Shown: positions 57,598-64,000 of the stretch, one piece after another
Position numbering within the stretch: the first letter of the stretch is position 1
Layout: each line of letters opens with the position of its first letter
Notes under the pieces: model-generated
Databases searched by the model: none
What the model was told of the DNA's origin: nothing
What the model saw: only the letters and a program-made list of their open reading frames with translations
Translations under genes and position numbers: made by a program
Assembly (NCBI GenBank): GCA_021811615.1
Contig: JAJZNW010000087.1
Span: 2,263-66,262, forward strand
Direction of reading: 5' to 3'
Length of the DNA: 64,000 nt
Source: Bacteroidota bacterium
GTDB lineage: Bacteria > Bacteroidota > Ignavibacteria > Kryptoniales > JAKASW01

Positions 57598-59002
57598 GAA
57601 AACAAAGATAGTTTGTACACTCGGACCGGCGTCGGACACCGAAGAGAAAATAAGGAGCCTGGTCGATGCGGGTGCCGATGTCTTCAGATTGAATTTCTCC
57701 CACGGCACGCATGAGGAACACGCCGAACAAATTGAGATCATCAGGCATCTCGAGAGTGTCTGTAAGAAGAGATTTGCGATAATTCAGGATCTTCAGGGAC
57801 CAAAAATCAGAGTCGGACAAATAGACGGTGTCATCAACCTGAAGAACGGCGATACCGTTACATTAACAATTAGCGATGTCATCGGGAAAGGGAAAATTAT
57901 CCCGGTTACCTACCAGGGAATAGTCGACGATGTCAAGGCGGGAGACAGGATTTTGATGGACGACGGTCTTCTCGAGTTGAAGGCGAAATCGGTGTCGGGT
58001 GAGGAAATACAGTGCGAGGTAGTAAACGGCGGTCCGCTCACATCACACAAGGGAATCAATCTTCCCGGATGCGATGTGAGCATCCCGTCGCTGACCGAGA
58101 AGGATATTGCCGATCTCGAATTCGGGGTCAAGAGTAAGGTCGATTTCATTGCACTCTCATTTGTGCGACACGCTTCCGACGTATTACAGCTTCGTGATTT
58201 GCTGGCGGAACAGAAGGGGAACCAGGGGATTATAGCGAAGATAGAGAAGCCCGAGGCGGTGAAGGAGATAGACCCGATCATCGAGGCGAGCGATGCCATC
58301 ATGGTGGCTCGTGGCGACCTCGGAGTGGAAGTCCCCATAGAAGAAGTTCCCATCCTGCAGAAGACTATTATTCGCAAGTGCAACGAGTACGGGAAGCCGG
58401 TCATTACGGCAACACAGATGCTCGACTCTATGATCCGCGAACCGCGTCCGACGAGAGCAGAGGCAACCGACGTTGCAAACGCCGTATTCGACGGGACCGA
58501 TGCCGTAATGTTGAGTGGCGAGACGTCGGCGGGGAATTTCCCGGTCGAGGCTGTGAAGACAATGGTATCGATAGTGAAGATGGCAGAATCTGAGATGGGA
58601 CTCGTTGCGCGAAAGCTGGATTACAAGGCAGTCCGCGACGATTTCACGGACGCTATTGCCGAAGTGGCGTGCTCGTTAGCGAAGTTCGTCGATGCATCGT
58701 TCATCATACCTATAACGAACACCGGTACCACGGCGCGCGCCTTGTCCAAATACAGGCCTCAGGTTCCAGTCTACGCGATTACGGAAAGCGTGGAAGTGGC
58801 AAGGAAGCTTCCTCTGATCTGGGGTGTGGTTCCCGTTGAGGTGGAATCGATCCCGGACACTGATGCCATGCTTGCCAAAGTCGGTTCTATCTTGAAGTCC
58901 GCTTCTCTTGCATCTGCCGGAGATACTTACGTACTCACCGCTGGGACGCCTATTCTTGCAAGAGGGACGACGAACACTCTTAGAATAGAGAAGATCAAGT
59001 AG
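57578..59002 (+). CDS. pyk: pyruvate kinase
   Basis: KIVCTLGPAS, FRLNFSHG, MVARGDLGVEVP, and MLSGETSAG. The TTG start has AAGGAG 10 nt upstream and overlaps cobB by 20 nt. Confidence 0.93.
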   Translation: MQKIQNRKTKIVCTLGPASDTEEKIRSLVDAGADVFRLNFSHGTHEEHAEQIEIIRHLESVCKKRFAIIQDLQGPKIRVGQIDGVINLKNGDTVTLTISDVIGKGKIIPVTYQGIVDDVKAGDRILMDDGLLELKAKSVSGEEIQCEVVNGGPLTSHKGINLPGCDVSIPSLTEKDIADLEFGVKSKVDFIALSFVRHASDVLQLRDLLAEQKGNQGIIAKIEKPEAVKEIDPIIEASDAIMVARGDLGVEVPIEEVPILQKTIIRKCNEYGKPVITATQMLDSMIREPRPTRAEATDVANAVFDGTDAVMLSGETSAGNFPVEAVKTMVSIVKMAESEMGLVARKLDYKAVRDDFTDAIAEVACSLAKFVDASFIIPITNTGTTARALSKYRPQVPVYAITESVEVARKLPLIWGVVPVEVESIPDTDAMLAKVGSILKSASLASAGDTYVLTAGTPILARGTTNTLRIEKIK

Positions 59003-59075
59003 GGTCGAATCCCGGTTGGAGGATGAGACTTGCGGGCGGCCACGGCGCTTGTCGCGACCGCCGTACAGTGCCTTC

Positions 59076-60164
59076 TCAGAAGTAGATGTGAGACTCGATC
59101 AGCGCTTCCATCGGTTGAGGTGCACCGAGGGCGTTCGTCGTGTTGAACCGAATCTGTGGCATGAAGTCAAGATGCGGAACCGGATAAATGTTGACGCCGA
59201 GTATGTACCTTGCGTAGTACGGTCCCCCGGCGAAGGTTTTGAAATAATCGAACCTACCCATTGCGAACAGGCCGTTTTCAATCTCATAAGTCAACTGGGC
59301 CATACCAGCGTTTGATGTAACGTTCGGTGGCAGAAGCGTGCCGGGTAGTGATCTTGCCCAATCATACTCGGCAAGCAATGTAAAGCGGTCATCCGCGCCG
59401 ATCCCTCCGTGGAATCCGTACATCATGGTACCGCTCGAGAGGTAAGCCGAGCCGCCAAGCATCAAGTTGATAAAACCTTTAGTAAGATATTCCACTCTGC
59501 CAATGAAAGCCTTTTTCGAAGTGAAGTTAATATTGCTGTAGCCGTCTCCGTTTGTAGCATCGACCGTGACAAGGAAATTGCTGAGCTGCGAGCCGACCTC
59601 CACTCCGACCGATCTGTAAAGCGGTCCGAATATGAGCCCGAGCTGAGGTATTCCCTGAAGGTAGCCAAAGTTTCCGCCCCTGGTGTAAGCGGTGTGGTCA
59701 TCGAGCCTGATTCCGTATGACGGCGCAAATGCACCAACTTTGACCCAGGAATTACCTTCATTGAAATCGTACATCCCATACGCTTCGTAAGCCGTGTTGA
59801 CAAAATCATACTTTATGTAAAGTCGTGTGGATCTGTAGATGTGTAATGAACTATAAAGAGCTCCCTCCATCGACTGGAAGGTGGTGTTTCTTGTCTGGCC
59901 ATCATACAGGTACTGGAACCTGACGTCTCCGCCAATCAGAATGTCCCGGGTGAGTTCGGGGCTGAAGTGGAACCCCTTGCCGTGACTCTTGAAAAGAGTA
60001 AGGTGGTCGTTCACGAAACTGGGAGCCTCAAAAGTATTTCGCAGCTCTCCTCCGGTTGGATTGACGTGGCAGTTCGCGCATTCCATACCGGTCATCATTG
60101 CGAATCGTGGGAGTGCGAAAGCGGCGTTGACCGTCATCAGTAGTATCAAAATTGTGCGGCGCAT
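59076..60164 (-). CDS. outer-membrane beta-barrel protein with a single N-terminal CxxCH heme motif (Cyc2-like fused cytochrome-porin candidate)
   Basis: Signal peptide MRRTILILLMTVNAAFA, then LPRFAMMTGMECANCHVNPTGG. The remaining ~330 aa are Gly/Tyr-rich and alternating, ending ...LIESHIYF. GAGAGG SD precedes ATG 60164. Confidence 0.6.
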   Translation of the reverse strand: MRRTILILLMTVNAAFALPRFAMMTGMECANCHVNPTGGELRNTFEAPSFVNDHLTLFKSHGKGFHFSPELTRDILIGGDVRFQYLYDGQTRNTTFQSMEGALYSSLHIYRSTRLYIKYDFVNTAYEAYGMYDFNEGNSWVKVGAFAPSYGIRLDDHTAYTRGGNFGYLQGIPQLGLIFGPLYRSVGVEVGSQLSNFLVTVDATNGDGYSNINFTSKKAFIGRVEYLTKGFINLMLGGSAYLSSGTMMYGFHGGIGADDRFTLLAEYDWARSLPGTLLPPNVTSNAGMAQLTYEIENGLFAMGRFDYFKTFAGGPYYARYILGVNIYPVPHLDFMPQIRFNTTNALGAPQPMEALIESHIYF

Positions 60165-60245
60165 TATTGAGCCTCTCTTCGTCGTTAGCAAAAAAGCCGG
60201 ACACACGCCCGGCTTTCGGAATTCCCGTACCCCCTTCTTATGTAG

Positions 60246-60662
60246 TTACTCAATCGGAGAAGGATGTTTGAACCCTCCAGGAGGCATATTCATCGGTCGC
60301 TCGTGTCCCTGGTGGCATGTATAGCAAGTCGGCTTTTTGGCGTGAGGGAACGAGAAATATGTCGATCTTAACTGGAGAAGCATCTTCAGCATGACCCGCG
60401 CTATTCGCTTCTGCGGCTTTGCGTCGCTGGCAAAATTGTTTGTGTTGTGGCAGAATGCACAATTGACGCCGAGGCTCTGCTTGAACATGTCCATCCAGCC
60501 CTTCAGCTCTTTCTTGGTCTTGACGAAGGTAAGAACCTGAAGATTTTTTCCCCACGATGGTTTGGCTTCCTGATTCGCGTATACTTTGTTATGTATCAGG
60601 AGGCTACCCACGCCGACAGCAATGAGGACAGGAAACACAAGCCAGTTCTTTTTCAGCATCAC
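60246..60662 (-). CDS. small membrane-anchored c-type cytochrome (reaction-centre-cytochrome-c-subunit-like fold, two CxxCH)
   Basis: N-terminal helix LVFPVLIAVGVGSLLI; NLQVLTF...MDMFKQSLGVNCAFCHNTNNFASDAKPQKRIARVMLKM...KPTCYTCHQGHERP. Confidence 0.75.
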   Translation of the reverse strand: MMLKKNWLVFPVLIAVGVGSLLIHNKVYANQEAKPSWGKNLQVLTFVKTKKELKGWMDMFKQSLGVNCAFCHNTNNFASDAKPQKRIARVMLKMLLQLRSTYFSFPHAKKPTCYTCHQGHERPMNMPPGGFKHPSPIE

Positions 60663-60713
60663 ATCTCCATTTTTAAAACACTAACAGGATGATGGAGCTT
60701 AAAGGTTCCTCAA

Positions 60714-62063
60714 TCAGAAGGAGAAATTGAACATGACTCTGGGCTCGATTCTCTTCTGCACCTCGTAGCCGCCGCTGACGGGGATAAATGTCCAGTAATA
60801 ATTGAAGCCAACCGTCATGAACGGGTACGGCTTGTAGCCGAAGAAAGCGTAAAGGAGCGATCTCTTATCGAGCTGGAAGGCATCCTTGAAACTCTGGATT
60901 CCCCACCGGTCATAGCCTGCGCTGAACGCGATCATCGGGACGAGGTTCGGGAAGCGAGTCTCGAGATGGAGCAATCCTCCGTTCGGGTCATGATCGATTC
61001 CCCGGTACCCGCCGACAATCTGGAATTGCTGGAGGACCGCCACAGTGATCTGCCCGTACCATCCCTGACCGCCCGGAGTATTGGCCAACTGAGTTGCCTG
61101 GCTGAAGTATCCGGTGTCATTGGGAACGTACCGGTTGAGTTCGTAGAATTGGTTGAAGTATTCCGGGATGAATTGGCGTCCGATCCACTGGTGTTCAAGT
61201 TTGACCGAAGCTTTAGCGAGCCCGAGGCTGTTGAAGTTGACGAGCACTCCCGCCGCAGAGCCGTGACCAAAATGGTTGATCTGCGCATAGTCGTAGTAGA
61301 GGTCTGCGTCGGCAAAGGGAATCCGTAGAATGGGAAGCCCGGCATCGAATCCATATTCAGATAACCTACCGGTATTATATGGGGTATATGATGTTCCCAA
61401 GCCCCCGCCGTTGACCGGAACAGCCGTCGCTTCCCGGTAAACTATCCCTGAATTCGGATTCTGGTCGGTAACATAAGTGGCACCAAGTTCAAAGCCGCCG
61501 ATGACGGGAATCGCTCCGAGTGTCGTGAATCTGAGCGGCCTTACATAGGCCCTGCCTCCCGTAACACCGGGCTGGTTGAAATTGCCGTACATAGCCTGAA
61601 ATCCGAACTTGTTGAAATCCAGACCGAGCTCTGCGCCGATAGTTCTGTTATCATAGCTCGGACTATTGTTGTAGTCATACACGATGAACCCTTGCCCGAT
61701 GGTGGCCATGTCCATCTGCCCGACTTTGGCGAATACAGGATCACCCATCTGGCCCCAGCTTATATACCTGATTATTTTCCGGTAGGCGCCGCCAGACCAG
61801 TCTTGCTTCCTGATCTTGCCGGTGTTGGTCGAGATGCGCATTGTCAGATCCAAACCAATTCCGAGTTTTCCGAATTGAAGATCCGGCATGACGCCAATCA
61901 TATAGTATGGTACTGTCTGACCGTTTTCATTGATCCAGGATATACCTAGTCCGCCCTCGATTTGGCTTTCTCCCGGTGCAAGCAAGGGACGTGGATAATT
62001 CTGAGCGAAGAGCGAAGAGACCGATATAAATGTGATTGCAATTATTGTTGTTAGTGCTTTCAT
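60714..62063 (-). CDS. outer-membrane beta-barrel protein, function unknown
   Basis: Signal peptide ...SVSSLFAQ, Gly/Tyr/Phe-rich alternating sequence, C-terminus RVMFNFSF. Confidence 0.6.
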   Translation of the reverse strand: MKALTTIIAITFISVSSLFAQNYPRPLLAPGESQIEGGLGISWINENGQTVPYYMIGVMPDLQFGKLGIGLDLTMRISTNTGKIRKQDWSGGAYRKIIRYISWGQMGDPVFAKVGQMDMATIGQGFIVYDYNNSPSYDNRTIGAELGLDFNKFGFQAMYGNFNQPGVTGGRAYVRPLRFTTLGAIPVIGGFELGATYVTDQNPNSGIVYREATAVPVNGGGLGTSYTPYNTGRLSEYGFDAGLPILRIPFADADLYYDYAQINHFGHGSAAGVLVNFNSLGLAKASVKLEHQWIGRQFIPEYFNQFYELNRYVPNDTGYFSQATQLANTPGGQGWYGQITVAVLQQFQIVGGYRGIDHDPNGGLLHLETRFPNLVPMIAFSAGYDRWGIQSFKDAFQLDKRSLLYAFFGYKPYPFMTVGFNYYWTFIPVSGGYEVQKRIEPRVMFNFSF

Positions 62064-62078
62064 TTGTTTCCTCGTTAA

Positions 62079-62615
62079 TTAACCGAAAAGAAGCCTGCAG
62101 ATCAGCAGAGCCCCCAGCATCCCGACGGCATCTGCGATCAAACCCGCCGCTACAGCGTGCCGCGTACGGTATACGTTTACCGCACCGAAGTATACTGCGA
62201 GTACGTAGAAAGTCGTTTCACTGCTTCCATACATCGTTGATACAAGTATTCCTATGAACGAATCGGGTCCATACCTTTTCATAATATCAGCCATAAGTCC
62301 GAGCGAGCCGCTGCCTGTAAGAGGGCGCAGGAGAGCCATCGGGACGACTTGCGGAGGCATTCCGATAAGATTTGCGGCCGGCGCAAGCAACTTGACGAGT
62401 ATTTCCATCGCACCGCTTGCTCTGAATATGCCGATTGCGACGAGCATAGCCACCAAATACGGAATGATCTTTATCGCAACTTCGAAACCGCCTTTCGCTC
62501 CCGCAACGAAGGATTCGTAAACCGGTACTTTCTTCCTGGCAGCGTAGGCTACAAACGCCGCGATGATGAACGGGATCGCGACGATCGACAGGGCCTGAAG
62601 GATATCCTTAATCAA
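62079..62615 (-). CDS. spmB: nucleoside-recognition (Gate) domain membrane protein, SpmB-like
   Basis: 178 aa and polytopic. IPYLVAMLVAIGIFRASGAM and GSSETTFYVLAVYFGAV patterns are typical of SpmB. There is a 4-nt overlap with the spmA-like gene. Confidence 0.75.
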   Translation of the reverse strand: MIKDILQALSIVAIPFIIAAFVAYAARKKVPVYESFVAGAKGGFEVAIKIIPYLVAMLVAIGIFRASGAMEILVKLLAPAANLIGMPPQVVPMALLRPLTGSGSLGLMADIMKRYGPDSFIGILVSTMYGSSETTFYVLAVYFGAVNVYRTRHAVAAGLIADAVGMLGALLICRLLFG

Positions 62616-63568
62616 TTTGACCCTCCGCTGTCCGGCTGATTACCGTCAAGCTTATCGTCAATCCTGTATATCTTCAGCCTCTGAAGAATCTTTGCTGCGA
62701 CGATTCCTGCGATCGTGGCCAGGCCAGCCCCAAAGAAAGAGGTCATCAGAATAATAGTCGGGTCCTTCGAACCGAGGGCTGCACGCACTGCGATTGCTGT
62801 TGCCGGGATAAGAGTCAGCCCCGCGGTATTAATCGCAAGGAAAGTTATCATCGAGTTCGTGGCGGTCCCCTTGTGCGGATTCAAACTCTCAAGATGTTCC
62901 ATGGCTTTCAGGCCGAGCGGAGTGGCCGCGTTGTTCAACCCAAGCATGTTCGCCGCCATATTCATGATCATCGCGCCGATTGCGGGGTGATCGGGAGGTA
63001 TGTCGGGAAATATCCTCACCATTACCGGCTTCAAAATTCGCGCGATGATTTTTATCATTCCGCTATCTTCGGCAAGCTTCATTATCCCGAGCCAGAAAGC
63101 CATTACGCCTATCAACCCCAGCGCAATTTTCACGGCAAGCTCGCTATAGCTTATCAGGGCGTCGAGAACAGCCTTTGTCTTTACAAGTGAAGTTGTCGGC
63201 AGAAGAATAGTCATCATGTCGCCGTGCCGGGAAAGGACTTTCGCAGTTATGAGCTTCGAATTGTCGTCGGTCTTTGCGACAGTCTTCCAAATCTCCGGAG
63301 AATCCTCTTCAGTGTAGATGTTTATGGAGCTGCCCGTCAGATCGGCGCGATAACTGATGGTATCCGGTGAATCGACATCTACACCGTAAAACTTGTCATA
63401 ATATTCGCGAGAATAGGAAATCGTCCCGCCTGCGGCACTCGTGCTGTCGTACTGAAGCTCGAACGGCTCTCCATTCCTGTAACGGTTTGTTGACGCGTCA
63501 TAAATGTCGGTCGACGCTGCAGCAAGCACGCCTATCAGGACGAGCCCAATCCAGACGTAGTTGAGCAT
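62612..63568 (-). CDS. spmA: nucleoside-recognition (Gate) domain membrane protein, SpmA-like with a ~115-aa insertion after TM1
   Basis: MLNYVWIGLVLIGVLAA ... [hydrophilic insert] ... AVKIALGLIGVMAFWLGIMKLAEDSGMI...DHPAIGAMIMNMAANMLGLNNAATPLGLKAM. Confidence 0.75.
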   Translation of the reverse strand: MLNYVWIGLVLIGVLAAASTDIYDASTNRYRNGEPFELQYDSTSAAGGTISYSREYYDKFYGVDVDSPDTISYRADLTGSSINIYTEEDSPEIWKTVAKTDDNSKLITAKVLSRHGDMMTILLPTTSLVKTKAVLDALISYSELAVKIALGLIGVMAFWLGIMKLAEDSGMIKIIARILKPVMVRIFPDIPPDHPAIGAMIMNMAANMLGLNNAATPLGLKAMEHLESLNPHKGTATNSMITFLAINTAGLTLIPATAIAVRAALGSKDPTIILMTSFFGAGLATIAGIVAAKILQRLKIYRIDDKLDGNQPDSGGSN

Positions 63569-64000
63569 TAGATTACCTGTATGGCTTTGGAGATTGAAGC
63601 AATCGGATCCGGAGAATCAATAAGTGGGCACGACTCCGGAGCGTAGTCGGGTTGAACAGAACCGGTTAATGCTAATTTACTTAAAGACTCTTTCATAAGT
63701 TCGCGGATTACGATAGGTTAAATATAGGGGCAGGGGCGATGCATTTCAACTTCTCAGCTACTTATGTTGAAGTCGCAATGTGAATGTCACATGGAGAGAC
63801 CAATGATACAGTATTCTGGAAGGCACTCATAAGGCAAAATCGCGGAGTCACTTACACAAATCGGAAGCGGGGAGGCTTCGGCTATTTTACGATGACCTTA
63901 TGAAAGAGAATGAACTGAGAGCCGCCCAACTTCCATGCAGTCAGTCTGGGACGGCCTGCTTCTGAGAAAGGGGTGAACCTCATACTTCAGCCGCAAGTCG

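Noticed and set aside
63569-64000. Possible partial gene or ncRNA at the right edge
   Set aside because: One minus frame is open from the edge to about 63900 (..DLRLKYEVHPFLRSRP..), but it is too short and featureless to call. I recognised no RNA family.

Overview
This is a dense, mostly housekeeping chromosomal segment of a diderm (outer-membrane-bearing) bacterium. It holds about 52 protein-coding genes, many with 1-20 nt start/stop overlaps. GC looks mid-range by eye, and GGAGG-like Shine-Dalgarno motifs precede many starts. I found no rRNA, tRNA, CRISPR array, transposase, integrase or phage genes. Recognisable core genes are dnaG, nadD, glnD, murI, uvrD/pcrA, argH, argG, phoH, queC, metH (as two translationally coupled ORFs), recN, cysS, cobB and pyk. 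Most of the interest lies in the envelope/accessory modules between them: (i) a 525-bp array of 25 tandem 21-bp units with an invariant CTCGGAATG core, filling the gap between murI and a GNAT gene; (ii) an outer-membrane module with a Cyc2-like fused heme-porin candidate, a small cytochrome with two CxxCH motifs, and another barrel protein; (iii) a cluster of barrel proteins around a lipoprotein made almost entirely of Tyr/Gly/Ser-rich and Pro/Gln-rich low complexity; (iv) a synthase-dependent exopolysaccharide pair (a 1309-aa DUF2334-deacetylase/TIM-barrel fusion plus a processive GT2); (v) a rubrerythrin / CCG Fe-S protein / DUF3501 / Fur(PerR) cluster; (vi) a geranylgeranyl-reductase + ferredoxin operon. 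The phylum cannot be assigned without searches; an uncultured FCB-group/Ignavibacteria-like organism is only a guess. All functional calls rest on motif recognition by eye in the supplied translations, not on database searches.
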